From Trueperaceae bacterium (GTDB lineage Bacteria; Deinococcota; Deinococci; Deinococcales; Trueperaceae), in the NCBI GenBank assembly GCA_034520945.1, contig JAXHNB010000006.1, positions 832,001 through 896,000 on the forward strand: 64,000 bases of DNA, written 5' to 3'. Both the position numbers and the translations under genes were made by a program. Positions 11,248-21,222 of the stretch are shown here, piece after piece. Numbering within the stretch: position 1 is the stretch's first letter; every line of letters starts with the position of its first letter. The notes under the pieces were generated by a model. It was not told the DNA's origin. It worked only from the letters and a program-made list of their open reading frames with translations, and made no database searches.

Positions 11248-14231
11248 CACGCCACCCCCGAATCGTCGCCCGCGAGCGCGGGATGGGGGTTCCGCACGTG
11301 CGCCAGGTAGGTGGTTCGCGGTACCGTGTTGAGCTCCTCCAACACGGCGTAGTTCAGCACGGAGCGTTTGGTGGCGGTGACGCGGCTCTCGGGGTCGTTG
11401 GTGTCGCCGAACACGATCGCCTCGCTGGGGCAGGCCGCCTGGCAGGCGGTCACGATCTCGCCGTCGCGAATGGCGCGATCCTCGGCGTTGGCGTCCACCC
11501 GCGCCCGCGAGATGCGCTGCGTGCAGTAGGTGCACTTCTCCATCACGCCACGGCTGCGCACGGTGACGTCGGGGTTGTTGGCCAGGCTGAGCTCGGTCGC
11601 GTTCCCCTCCAACTCCGCGTACTGCAGGTAGTTGAAGCGCCGTACCTTGTACGGGCAGTTGTTGGAGCAGTAGCGCGTGCCCACGCACCGGTTGTACACC
11701 ATCACGTTCAGGCCTTCGCTGTCGTGCACGGTCGCGCCGACGGGGCAGACCGGCTCGCAGGGGGCGCGTTCGCAGTGCTGGCACGCCATCGGCATGTGGT
11801 AGAAGTCCGGGTCGTCCACACCGCCGGCGAAGTACCCGTCCACCCGGATCCAGTGCATCTCGCGGCCGATGCGTACCTGGTCCTTGCCGACGATCGGCAC
11901 GTTGTTCTCGGCCTGGCAGGCGGTCACGCAGGCGTTGCAGCCGGTGCAGACCGACATGTCGATCACCATGCCCCAGGCGTACGACTCGTACACGTAATCA
12001 TTGCGCAGGTCGCTCTCGTGGTGCTCGACCGGATGCACGAAGCTCGGGTGGTCCGGCTCGGCCTGCAGGTCCTGCAGCGTGCCGTGACGCACGATGTGCC
12101 GTCGTTCGGCGGTGCCGTCCAACGCTGCGTGCAACTGCGTCGAGGCCAGTTCCTGACGACCGCGCGCCTTGGCGGCGCGCACCGGCGCGGGGCCCGGCGT
12201 GCGCCCCATCAGGCGGTAGGCGTCCACGCCGACACCGTCGCCGACGCGGCCGGCCGCCTCACGCCCGTAGCCGAGGTGCAGCACGACCACCCCGTCCGCC
12301 TGACCCGGCAGGATCCACACCGGGGCCGTGACGCTGCGCCCTTCGACCTCCAGGTCCAGCAGGTCCTCGTTGCGGACGCCCAGCGACTCGGCGGTGGCGG
12401 CGCTCAGCAGGGCGGCATTGTCCCAGGTCAGCTTGGTGAACGGCTTGGGGAGCTCCTGCAGCCAGCCGTTGTTGGACCAGCGGCCGTCGCCCAGGCTCGG
12501 GTCGGGCCGCAGCACCAGCGTGAGCTCGTCCGAGCGGGGTGGCAGGGACAGGTCCAGGCTGCCGAGCGACGCGTCGACCTCGGACGCGGCGCTGTCACGC
12601 ACGGTCCCGCGGTGCACGGTGTCGCGCCAGAAGCCCTCGAAGTCGCCGTCGACGCGCTGGCGCCAGGTTTCGCGCACCAGGTCGTGCGCGCTGGCGTCGG
12701 GCGCACCCGAGAGGAGGGAGAGCAGCTCGTGCGGCGCGCGTCCGCCGTAGAACGGCTGGATCAGCGGCTGCATCACGTTGGCGGTGCCGTCGAAGGCGCG
12801 GGCGTCGCTCCAGGTCTCCAGGTGGTGCGCCTCGGGCACGTGCCAGGTGGTGGCGGATCCCGTCTCGTCGCGGTACAGGCCCATGTGAAGGCTGGTGCCC
12901 ACGCGGCGCAGCGCGGCGGCGAAATCCAGCGCCGCCGGTGCGGTGTACACGGGGTTCGCGCCCAGGATCACCAGCCGCTCGACCTCGCCGGCGTTCATGG
13001 CGTCCACCAGCTCCCCCAGCGATTCCGCGTGGCTTTCCGGGCGCATCTCGACCGGCTCGCGCAGTGACACCGTGCGCCCCACGGCGTCCAGCGCTTCGTT
13101 CATGGCGAGCGCCAGCGCGTGCACTTCCGCTGGCTGATCCTGCCCGGCGACCACCAGCGACCGGCCGCGGTTGGCCTCGAGGTCCTCGACCAGCGCGTCG
13201 ACCAGGGCGGGGTCCACCTCGCCGCTCAGTTCGGCCTCGGGACCGTCGACGCCGAGACGCCGGGCCACGACCGCCGCCAGCCCCGCGATCTCGGCGGGCG
13301 CCAGGCGCAGGCGGTGGTCCGCCAGCGATCCGGTCGGGGACGGCGTGGTCTCGGCCATGTACAACCGGTTCATGGTGTCCTCGGCGGTGCGAACGCGCCG
13401 CCGCCGCGCGAATGCGCGCGCGTGGGCCAAGCGGCCCGGCCCCCGGTTCATGAAGTCCGCGTCCAGGGAGAACACCACGTCGGCGGCGCCGAAGTCGGGC
13501 ACCACCTGCACGTCGCGGCCGTACGCCGCGCGCGCGCCGAGGACGGCCCCGTCGGCGTGCTGTGGGTCGTACTGATGCCAACGAAGCTCCGGATGGGCCC
13601 GTTGCAGCTCCGTGATCTGCCGCGCCAGCGTCGGCGAGGTGACGGTTTCGGTGAGGAGCCGGACGCCCGAGCCGTCGCCGAGGTCGGAGAACGCCTCCGC
13701 CAGGTCCGCCCAGGTGCGCGCCGCGCCATCCTCGCTGATGGCCTGCGAGCGGTCCGGGTCGTAGAGGGTCAGCACGGTGGCTTGCGTGACGGCGGTGGTC
13801 GCGCCGAGGCTGGCCGGGTGGTCGGGGTTGCCCTCCACCTTGGTGGGGCGGCCCTGGTGACTCTCGGCCAGCAGCCCTTCGGCGTACCCGCCGTCGGTGA
13901 TGGCGGTCGCGTAGTGCAGCGGGCGGCCGGGAACCACCTCTTCGGGCTGGCGCACGTAGGGCACGATCTTCTCGTGCGGCAGCGGCGGCCGTGCGCACGC
14001 GGACAGGCCCGCCAGCGCCAGGGAGGCGCCCAGCAGTTTGAGGAAGTCGCGACGCTTCAGCGACGCCTCGAGCGGCGCGGCCTGGCGGGGAAACTCCTCC
14101 GCCATGAACGCCTGGAACGCGTCGGTGTCGGCCACCTCGTCCAGGCCACGCCAGAACGCGCGCCCTTTGGTGTTCTGGAGGCGGTCGCGGATCTCCTGCA
14201 GGGTGGGGGTGTGGTTCTGGGCGTCGCTCAT
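11247..14231 (-). CDS. actB: Alternative complex III subunit ActB (molybdopterin-fold B1 fused to Fe-S B2)
   Basis: WRGLDE leader, Tat motif KRRDFLK with LSAC, GRPTKVEGNPDHP, NNGWLQE; four Cys clusters (CTGCNAC, CQHC..APC, CVGTRYC, CTYC). Confidence 0.95.
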   Translation of the reverse strand: MSDAQNHTPTLQEIRDRLQNTKGRAFWRGLDEVADTDAFQAFMAEEFPRQAAPLEASLKRRDFLKLLGASLALAGLSACARPPLPHEKIVPYVRQPEEVVPGRPLHYATAITDGGYAEGLLAESHQGRPTKVEGNPDHPASLGATTAVTQATVLTLYDPDRSQAISEDGAARTWADLAEAFSDLGDGSGVRLLTETVTSPTLARQITELQRAHPELRWHQYDPQHADGAVLGARAAYGRDVQVVPDFGAADVVFSLDADFMNRGPGRLAHARAFARRRRVRTAEDTMNRLYMAETTPSPTGSLADHRLRLAPAEIAGLAAVVARRLGVDGPEAELSGEVDPALVDALVEDLEANRGRSLVVAGQDQPAEVHALALAMNEALDAVGRTVSLREPVEMRPESHAESLGELVDAMNAGEVERLVILGANPVYTAPAALDFAAALRRVGTSLHMGLYRDETGSATTWHVPEAHHLETWSDARAFDGTANVMQPLIQPFYGGRAPHELLSLLSGAPDASAHDLVRETWRQRVDGDFEGFWRDTVHRGTVRDSAASEVDASLGSLDLSLPPRSDELTLVLRPDPSLGDGRWSNNGWLQELPKPFTKLTWDNAALLSAATAESLGVRNEDLLDLEVEGRSVTAPVWILPGQADGVVVLHLGYGREAAGRVGDGVGVDAYRLMGRTPGPAPVRAAKARGRQELASTQLHAALDGTAERRHIVRHGTLQDLQAEPDHPSFVHPVEHHESDLRNDYVYESYAWGMVIDMSVCTGCNACVTACQAENNVPIVGKDQVRIGREMHWIRVDGYFAGGVDDPDFYHMPMACQHCERAPCEPVCPVGATVHDSEGLNVMVYNRCVGTRYCSNNCPYKVRRFNYLQYAELEGNATELSLANNPDVTVRSRGVMEKCTYCTQRISRARVDANAEDRAIRDGEIVTACQAACPSEAIVFGDTNDPESRVTATKRSVLNYAVLEELNTVPRTTYLAHVRNPHPALAGDDSGVA

Positions 14232-14881
14232 CGGTGGCACGTCGAACACTGCGGAAGCTTCTCTTCGTTGATGTGGTAGGCCGCGACAAGCTCTCGTCCG
14301 AGCTCCGCTTGGTCGGCCGGGGGCGTGTAGGCCATGTCGAACACCTCGCTACGGGGACGAACGAACTTCTCTGGGGCGCGGTGGCACTCCAGACACCACC
14401 CCATCGTCATCGGTTCTTCCTTCCAGATGCCGGCCATCTGGTCGACGCGGCCGTGACAGGTGCTGCACCCGACGCCGCTCGCGAGGTGGGCGCTGTGATC
14501 GAAGTACGCGAAGTCCGCCAGGTCGTGCACCCGGTTCCACTCGATGGGGCGCTCCTGGTCCCAGCTCGCCTGGACGGCTTCCAGGGCCGGCGTGCCCACG
14601 CGGATCTGCGAATGGCAGGTCATGCAGGTCTCGGTCGGCGGAATGCCGGCCACGGAGGAGGTCTCGACCGAGGTGTGGCAGTAGCGGCAGTCCAGACCGA
14701 GTTGGCCCGCATGGAGGTCGTGTCGGAAGTCCACCGGTTGCGCGACGGGCACGCCGACGGCGTTGACGGTGGTGCGTGCGTAGAAGGCGAGCACCACCAT
14801 CAACAGCACCACGAACACGCCGCCGCCGACCACCAGCCATTTCGCGAACGCGTTCGCGTTGGGCGGGAAGTACTGGGGCAT
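14228..14881 (-). CDS. actA: Alternative complex III pentaheme cytochrome c ActA
   Basis: N-terminal TM helix; five CxxCH motifs (CRYCH, CMTCH, CSTCH, CLECH, CSTCH); MGWC. Confidence 0.95.
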   Translation of the reverse strand: MPQYFPPNANAFAKWLVVGGGVFVVLLMVVLAFYARTTVNAVGVPVAQPVDFRHDLHAGQLGLDCRYCHTSVETSSVAGIPPTETCMTCHSQIRVGTPALEAVQASWDQERPIEWNRVHDLADFAYFDHSAHLASGVGCSTCHGRVDQMAGIWKEEPMTMGWCLECHRAPEKFVRPRSEVFDMAYTPPADQAELGRELVAAYHINEEKLPQCSTCHR

Positions 14882-15258
14882 CAGATCGGTCCTTCGCGGG
14901 CTGTACGGGACGGTACCTCGCACGCGGGATTCGGGCTACGAAACGGTGGACGCCTGACGAGCAAGGCTGCTGACCTCCTGACGTGATGGCACGAGGGCGC
15001 GACGACCCTCCGGAACGTTGGGGGAGCGGCGCACAGCCGCGGTGCAGAACGGTGCGAAGATACCACAGCGATTTCCGGCGGGCTGCGGGGACATTCGTAC
15101 CCCCTTTCGCGCCCCTGGCTCGGGCCGACCGACGGGGCCCACCCTGCTGGGGGATGGGGCGACCCCCGGATCCGGGGCGTGCACGGGCGCGGGGGCGCCG
15201 CCTGCGCCATCACCTACGAAGGCGCACGCCCCCTGTCGAGGAGCGTGCGTCTCTCACG

Positions 15259-15334
15259 TGGTGGAGCCTGCCGGGCTCGAACCGGCGACCTTCCGCTTGC
15301 AAAGCGGATGCTCTCCCAGCTGAGCTAAGGCCCC
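15259..15334 (-). tRNA. tRNA-Ala(TGC)
   Basis: GGGGCCTTAGCTCAGCTGGGAGAGC...TTGCAA...GGTTCGAGCCC...CTCCACCA; 76 nt, CCA encoded. Confidence 0.97.
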
Positions 15335-15375
15335 GCGCCTGCCCGCATGCGCCCAGCGTCTGCGCGGCACCGAGC

Positions 15376-15404
15376 AGAATACGCGCGCGCGGGGTAAGGG
15401 TCAA
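15376..15404 (-). promoter_or_regulatory. Promoter of tRNA-Ala
   Basis: TTGACC, 17-nt spacer, TATTCT on the minus strand; the -35 overlaps the PIN/TRAM stop codon. Confidence 0.7.
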
Positions 15405-16507
15405 GCGGACGTATTGCCTGCCGGCGCGCCCTCGTCGATCCGCGCGAAGATCATGCGGCCCATGTGGGTCTGCAGGCTGCTGGTGACGACGGCGTCCACG
15501 TTGGCGCCGACGCGGTCGGCCGCGTCCTCGATCACCACCATGGTGCCGTCCTCGAGGTAGGCGAGCCCCTGCCCCGGTTCCCGCCCGGTCCGCACCACGG
15601 AGAGGGAGAGCGTCTCGCCCGGCAGGTAGGTGGCCTTCACGGCGTTGGCCAGCCGGTGCAGGTTCATCACCCGCACGCCCTGCAGTTGGGCCACCTGGTT
15701 CAGGTTGTAGTCGGTGGTGATCAGGTCGGCGCCGCGCGCGCGGCACAGGCGGACCAGTTTGTCGTCGATCTCCTTGGCGTCGGGCACGTCGTCGTGAATC
15801 ACCTCGGTGCGGACGTCGGGGACCTCCGCCAGGCGTTCGAGCACCTCCAGGCCGCGCCGGCCGCGCTTGCGGCGCAACGTGTCGGCGTCGTCGGCGATGT
15901 GCTGCAACTCGCCCAGCACGAAGGCGGGGATCAGGATGCGCCCCTCCACGAAGTGTGCTTCGGCGACGTCCACCAGGCGGCCGTCGATGATGGCGCTGGT
16001 GTCGATCAGCTTGAGGCGGCCGGCCTCGTGCGGGGCGCCGGGCCGGCGGTCGGTGCTCGCGAACGGCAGCAGGCGACGGTTCGACACGAAGAAGGCGGCG
16101 CTGGACGCCACCAGCAGGCCGGCGATCAGCAGCGACCAGTACCAGGTGAAGCCGGGGACGTTGGCCAGCACGTTGTTGAGGAGCACCGTGATCACCAGCG
16201 CCACCGTGGCGCCGGTGCCCGCGGCCAGCACCGTTTCCGGAGGGATGCGCGCCAACCGGTTGGCCCAGGTGCCGACCTTGCGTTCCACCGCACGGGCCAC
16301 GCGCCCGCTCAGCAGCCATCCCACCAGGCCGCCCAGGAGGGACAGGTAGAGGAGGTTGTTCGGCCCCACCAGCGCGCCGCGGGCCAGCAGTGCGGCGGCC
16401 ACCCACGCGCCCACGGCCGCCATGCCCGCCGTCAGCGCCGCGCGCACCAACGCCACCGTCGGTCCGGCCATGCCGGCGCGCAGGCGCGTCCCAGACGGCA
16501 CGCGCAT
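15401..16507 (-). CDS. Membrane-anchored PIN/TRAM domain protein (YacL-like)
   Basis: N-terminal TM helices; IDTSAIIDGR, ELQHIAD, RGRRGLEVL, TTDYNL, GQGLAYLEDGTMVV, QT..GRMIFA; TGATG overlap with radA. Confidence 0.92.
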   Translation of the reverse strand: MRVPSGTRLRAGMAGPTVALVRAALTAGMAAVGAWVAAALLARGALVGPNNLLYLSLLGGLVGWLLSGRVARAVERKVGTWANRLARIPPETVLAAGTGATVALVITVLLNNVLANVPGFTWYWSLLIAGLLVASSAAFFVSNRRLLPFASTDRRPGAPHEAGRLKLIDTSAIIDGRLVDVAEAHFVEGRILIPAFVLGELQHIADDADTLRRKRGRRGLEVLERLAEVPDVRTEVIHDDVPDAKEIDDKLVRLCRARGADLITTDYNLNQVAQLQGVRVMNLHRLANAVKATYLPGETLSLSVVRTGREPGQGLAYLEDGTMVVIEDAADRVGANVDAVVTSSLQTHMGRMIFARIDEGAPAGNTSA

Positions 16508-17853
16508 CAGGACGTACCCGCCGGGACGGGTCCGTGGGCGCGGCGAATCGCAGCGGCCAGGTCGGGGCTTCCCCCGCCGGGAAGGTCGGCGTGGCGCGGC
16601 CCGATGACGGTGTCGAAGCCGACGCGCTGCGCCTCCGCCACGCGGCGCGGCAGTTGCGCCACGCCTCGAATCTCGCCGGCCAGGCCGACCTCGCCGACCA
16701 CCGCCGTCCCTTCGGGAAGGGGCCGGTTGGTGACGGCCGACCACACCGCCAGCGCCACCGCCAGGTCGGCGCCGGGGTCGGTGAGGCGGAGGCCGCCGGC
16801 GACGTTGACGAACACGTCCAGCCCGCCGAGGGGCAGCTCCAGGCGTCGCTCGAGGACGGCCAGCACCACGTCGACGCGGCGCGCGTCGAGGCCCTGGACG
16901 ACGCGCTTGGGGCTGGCGTACGGGCTTTTGGAGGCCAGCGCTTGCACCTCGAGCAACAATGGGCGCTGGCCCTCCAAGGCGGCCACGACGACGGAGCCGG
17001 GCACGCCCTTCGGCCGTTCTGCCAGGAAGGCCGCCGAAGGGTTGGCGACGGCCGTGAGTCCCTCGTTTCGCATCTCGAAGACCCCCACCTCGCCGGCGGG
17101 GCCGAAGCGGTTCTTCAGTGCCCGCAGCACGCGGTAGCCCGCGGCGGATTCCAGGGCGAGGGTGGCGTCCACCATGTGCTCGACCACCTTGGGGCCGGCG
17201 AATGACCCCTGTTTGGTGACGTGACCGATCGCCACCAGGGTGGTGCCGCATTCCTTGGCGGCGCGCGCCAGCACGGCGGTGCCGTCCCGCACCTGCGTCA
17301 CGCTGCCGGGGGCGGCGTCCTCGCTCAGGCGAAGCGTCTGAATGCTGTCGACGATGGCGAGGTCGGGCGCGTCGGCCAGGAGGTGGTCACCCAGCGTGGG
17401 GGCGTGCGTCTCACGCGTGAGCGAGAGCCCGTGGCCGAGCCCCAACCGGTCGGCCCGCGCCTTGATCTGCGATGCCGATTCCTCGCCCGCGACGTACAGC
17501 GTGCGGCGGCCGGCCAGGTGCGCATGGTGCGCCAGCTGCAGCAGCAGGGTCGACTTGCCGATGCCCGGTTCGCCCGCCAGCAGAAGCGCCGCGCCGTGCA
17601 CCCAGCCGCCCCCCAGGACGCGGTCGACCTCCGCGACGCCGGAGGAGACCCGGTGGGCGGCGGCATCCTCGACCTCGTTCAAGGTGCGGACTTCGACGGG
17701 GCGACGATCGTGGGTTCCTCCGGCGCCTGACCGCCCCGGCCGGGGGGCGGGCCGCATGGAGCCCCAGGCGCCACACGATGGGCAGCGCCCCATCGGGGTG
17801 GCCGACCGGGCGCCGCAGGCGTCGCACACGTGATCGCTCACGGCCTTCGGCAT
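16507..17853 (-). CDS. radA: DNA repair protein RadA/Sms
   Basis: CDAC..CPSC zinc finger, GEPGIGKST, DSIQ, KNRFG, C-terminal Lon-like domain. Confidence 0.97.
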   Translation of the reverse strand: MPKAVSDHVCDACGARSATPMGRCPSCGAWGSMRPAPRPGRSGAGGTHDRRPVEVRTLNEVEDAAAHRVSSGVAEVDRVLGGGWVHGAALLLAGEPGIGKSTLLLQLAHHAHLAGRRTLYVAGEESASQIKARADRLGLGHGLSLTRETHAPTLGDHLLADAPDLAIVDSIQTLRLSEDAAPGSVTQVRDGTAVLARAAKECGTTLVAIGHVTKQGSFAGPKVVEHMVDATLALESAAGYRVLRALKNRFGPAGEVGVFEMRNEGLTAVANPSAAFLAERPKGVPGSVVVAALEGQRPLLLEVQALASKSPYASPKRVVQGLDARRVDVVLAVLERRLELPLGGLDVFVNVAGGLRLTDPGADLAVALAVWSAVTNRPLPEGTAVVGEVGLAGEIRGVAQLPRRVAEAQRVGFDTVIGPRHADLPGGGSPDLAAAIRRAHGPVPAGTS

Positions 17854-17929
17854 CGGCGCTCGCCTCCTCGCATGGCGCCATCCTATCCGAGGCGGGCGCG
17901 GAGGGACGGGCGCGGCCGGGGCGGAATCC

Positions 17930-20140
17930 TCAGACCACCGGCACGGGCCGCGCGAACACCAACTCGTCGTTCTCGACCGTGACCACGATCGGCTCTTCGC
18001 TGCCGCCGCGCAGCAACTCCAGCGAAAGCGGGTCCTCGATGTGCTCGCGCAGGACGGCCCGCAACGGGCGTGCGCTCTGGCCGGCCGGCACGCGGCGCAC
18101 CAACCACTCGGCGACTTCGTTCGCGAAGGTGACGTCGATGTCGCGGCTCGCCAGCTCCTCGCGAATCTCCTCCAGCATCTGACCCGTGATGTGCAGGATC
18201 GCGGCCTCGTCGAAGGTCTCGAAGGCGATCACCTCGTCCAGCCGGTCCAGGAACTCCGGCGCGAACAGCGCCTTGAGGGGCGCCTCGGCGTCCACGACCT
18301 TGTTGTCGTCCTGGAAGCCGACGTTGGGCCCGGTATTGAAGCCGGTGTTGCTGGTCATGATCAGGATCACCCGGCGGAAGTCGACCGTGCGGCCCAGGCC
18401 GTCGGTCAAGCGTCCGTCGTCCAGAACCTGCAAAAAGGTGTTGTAGATGTCCGGATGCGCCTTCTCGATCTCGTCGAGAAGCACCACGCTGAACGGTTGA
18501 CGCCGCACCGCCTCGGTGAGGCGGCCGCCCTGCTCGTGCCCGACGTATCCGGGCGGAGAGCCGATGAGCTTGCTGGTGGCGTGCGCCTCCTGGTACTCGC
18601 TCATGTCGAGCCGGACCAGGGCGCGTTCGCTACCGAACAGCTCGACCGCGAGCTGCTTGGCGAGGAAGGTCTTGCCGACGCCCGAGGGCCCGACGAACAG
18701 GAACGACGCCGACACGCGGGCGCGGCCGCCCAAGCCGACCCGGGCGCGGCGCAAGGCCGAGGCCAGGGCCCCGATCGCCTTGTCCTGCCCGATCACGGCC
18801 TGACGCAGGTGCTGCTCGATGTTGGCGAGCTTGCCGATGTCGGTCTCGTCGACGTACACGCCACCCCAGGAGTTCACGACGGACTCGATGTCCTCGCGGC
18901 TCACCACCGGCGTGCCGTCCTCGGATTCGTGCACGGCGAACCCCAGCGATTTGTTCAACCGGGTGCGGGCCGCCGCCTCGTCGATCAGGTCGATCGCTTT
19001 GTCGGGGAAGTTCCGGCCCGGCAGGCCCCGTTCGCCGAAGCGGACCGACAACTCCAGGATGGCCGGCGGGATGGTGACGCCGTGGTGGTGCTCGTAGCGC
19101 TCCCGCAGGCCGCGCAGGATCTCGAGCGACTCCTCGGGCGACGGCTCCAGCACGATCACCGGCTGGAAGCGGCGCTCCAGTGCGGCGTCCTTCTCGATGT
19201 AGCGGTGATACTCGCCGGTGGTGGTGGCGCCGATCACCTGGACCTCGCCCCGCGAGAGCGGCGGCTTGAGAATGTTGGCCGCGTCCAGCGTCCCCTCCGC
19301 GCCGCCGGCCCCGACGAGGGTGTGCAGCTCGTCGATGAAGGCGATCACCTTGGCGCCCCGAAGCTCCTCGATCACCTGCCGCAGGCGCTCCTCGAACTCG
19401 CCGCGGTATTTGGTGCCGGCCACCACGTTGGAGAGATCGATCGACAGCACGCGGCACGACGCCAGGTTGGGCGGCACGCGGCCGTCGATCACCTGTTGCG
19501 CCAGCCCCTCCACGATGGCGGTCTTGCCGACGCCCGGCTCGCCGATCAGCACCGGGTTGTTCTTGGTCCGGCGCGAGAGAATCTGGATCACGCGGCGGAT
19601 CTCCTCGGTGCGTCCGATGACGGGATCCAAGCGGCCCTCGCGCGCCTCCTTGGTGAGGTCCCGCGCGTACTCGTCCAAGAAGGGCGTGTTGGCCTCTTCC
19701 GGCTGCTGCTTGGGGTCGGTGGCCGCCAGAATGCGCCAACGTACCGTGTCCACGTCACGCGTGAGCTGCTGCAGGATGCGGTACGCCACGCCGTCGCCTT
19801 CGCGGATGATGCCGAGCAGGATGTGTTCGGTCGCGATGACGTTGCTGCCGAGGCTGCGCGCTTCGCTGCCGGCCAACTCCATGACGCGGCGGGCGCGCGG
19901 CGTGATCGCGGCCGTCTCGTTGCGGGGCAGGCCGTCGCCCCGGCCGACCATCTCCTCGACCTGGCCGCGGAAGCCCTCCAGGGTCGCGCCGAACTCGGAG
20001 AGCACCTTGGAGGCGGTCCCGCCCTCGCGCATCAGGCCCAGCAACAGGTGCTCGGGGCCGATCATGGCGTGACCGAGCTTGGAGCCCTCCTCACGGGCAA
20101 AGTGGAACACCAAGCGGGCGCGGTCGTCGTAGCGGTTCAA
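17930..20140 (-). CDS. clpC: Clp protease ATP-binding subunit (ClpC/ClpA family)
   Basis: Two Clp_N repeats; GEPGVGKT and GPSGVGKT Walker A; GTKYRG and GYVG pore loops; VGF ClpP-docking loop; TTG start. Confidence 0.92.
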   Translation of the reverse strand: MNRYDDRARLVFHFAREEGSKLGHAMIGPEHLLLGLMREGGTASKVLSEFGATLEGFRGQVEEMVGRGDGLPRNETAAITPRARRVMELAGSEARSLGSNVIATEHILLGIIREGDGVAYRILQQLTRDVDTVRWRILAATDPKQQPEEANTPFLDEYARDLTKEAREGRLDPVIGRTEEIRRVIQILSRRTKNNPVLIGEPGVGKTAIVEGLAQQVIDGRVPPNLASCRVLSIDLSNVVAGTKYRGEFEERLRQVIEELRGAKVIAFIDELHTLVGAGGAEGTLDAANILKPPLSRGEVQVIGATTTGEYHRYIEKDAALERRFQPVIVLEPSPEESLEILRGLRERYEHHHGVTIPPAILELSVRFGERGLPGRNFPDKAIDLIDEAAARTRLNKSLGFAVHESEDGTPVVSREDIESVVNSWGGVYVDETDIGKLANIEQHLRQAVIGQDKAIGALASALRRARVGLGGRARVSASFLFVGPSGVGKTFLAKQLAVELFGSERALVRLDMSEYQEAHATSKLIGSPPGYVGHEQGGRLTEAVRRQPFSVVLLDEIEKAHPDIYNTFLQVLDDGRLTDGLGRTVDFRRVILIMTSNTGFNTGPNVGFQDDNKVVDAEAPLKALFAPEFLDRLDEVIAFETFDEAAILHITGQMLEEIREELASRDIDVTFANEVAEWLVRRVPAGQSARPLRAVLREHIEDPLSLELLRGGSEEPIVVTVENDELVFARPVPVV

Positions 20141-20210
20141 GTGAATCCCCCGATTCCGCCGGACCTGCGTCGGCTGCGGCGTCGCGTCGCGTTCCGCGTC
20201 TCCATGGTGC

Positions 20211-20217
20211 TATAGTA
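20211..20217. promoter_or_regulatory. Overlapping divergent -10 elements (TATAGT on + toward glyQ; TACTAT on - toward clpC)
   Basis: TATAGTA is the clearest -10-like match between the divergent genes. Confidence 0.55.
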
Positions 20218-20364
20218 CGCGCTCGTGCATGGGCCAGGAAGGACGTCGATTACGTTCCCTTCATGCAACGCCGGGGAACCGGCCGTCCAGCCCCATCCAC
20301 GCGCGGGGGGATGGAGCGCCCGCGCACCCCTTGGGCACGTATCCGCACTCACTCGGGAGTCCTC

Positions 20365-21222
20365 ATGCTGTTCCAGGATATCACCCTTACCCTCGACCGA
20401 TTCTGGGCGGAGCAGGGGTGCGTCCTCGCCCCCCCGCACGACGGTGAGGTCGGCGCGGGCACCTTCTACCCGACCACCTTCTTGCGGGCACTGGGCGAGG
20501 CGCCGTGGCGCGTCGCCGGCATCGCCCCCAGCCGCCGGCCGACCGACGGGCGCTACGGTGACAATCCCTACCGCTTCCAGTTCTTCTATCAGTACCAGGT
20601 CGTCCTCAAACCCAGTCCCGCCGACGTACAGGACGTGTACCTCGCCTCGCTGAAGGCGCTCGGCATCGACGCGGCTGCGCACGACGTTCGTTTCGTGGAG
20701 GACGACTGGGAGTCGCCCACGCTGGGTGCCTGGGGGCTCGGCTGGGAGGTGTGGATGGACGGCATGGAGATCACGCAGTTCACCTACTTCCAGCAGGTGG
20801 GCGGCCACGACTGCCGGCCGGTGTCGGTCGAGCTCACCTACGGGCTCGAACGGATCGCCATGTACCTCCAGGGCGTCCGGCACTCCTTCGACCTGCAGGT
20901 CGCGCCCGGCGTGAGCATGGGCGACCTCCGGCGCGACTTCGAGGTGCAGCACTGCCGCTACAACTTCGAGGAGAGCGATCCGGACCTGCAGCGTCTGCTG
21001 TTCGACCGCTACGAGGCGGAGGCCCGCCGCCTGACGCTGGAGGGCATGGTGTACCCCGGCTACGACTTCGTGCTCAAGGCGTCGCACGCCTTCAATCTGT
21101 TGGACGCGCGCGGCGTGCTTTCGCAGACCGAGCGGCAGGGCTACGTCCAACGCGTTCGGCGCCTGGCCGAGGCGACCGCCAAGGCCTACCTGGCGCCCTC
21201 GTCCGAGGAGGCGGCCGCCTGA
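20365..21222 (+). CDS. glyQ: Glycine--tRNA ligase alpha subunit
   Basis: [44 protein letters not shown]. Confidence 0.97.
   Translation: MLFQDITLTLDRFWAEQGCVLAPPHDGEVGAGTFYPTTFLRALGEAPWRVAGIAPSRRPTDGRYGDNPYRFQFFYQYQVVLKPSPADVQDVYLASLKALGIDAAAHDVRFVEDDWESPTLGAWGLGWEVWMDGMEITQFTYFQQVGGHDCRPVSVELTYGLERIAMYLQGVRHSFDLQVAPGVSMGDLRRDFEVQHCRYNFEESDPDLQRLLFDRYEAEARRLTLEGMVYPGYDFVLKASHAFNLLDARGVLSQTERQGYVQRVRRLAEATAKAYLAPSSEEAAA

Noticed and set aside
11247..14231. ActB as a catalytic molybdoenzyme (formate/nitrate/polysulfide reductase)
   Set aside because: The operon context and N-terminal motifs identify ACIII ActB, which lacks Moco.
15180..15260. Possible integrated element at the 3' end of tRNA-Ala (also tRNA-Leu at 23415)
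   Set aside because: No integrase, no duplicated tRNA 3' end, and the flanks are core genes.
20228..20295. SRP RNA or tmRNA-like sequence between clpC and glyQ
   Set aside because: Lacks the SRP AGCAG motif and the tmRNA tRNA-like ends.
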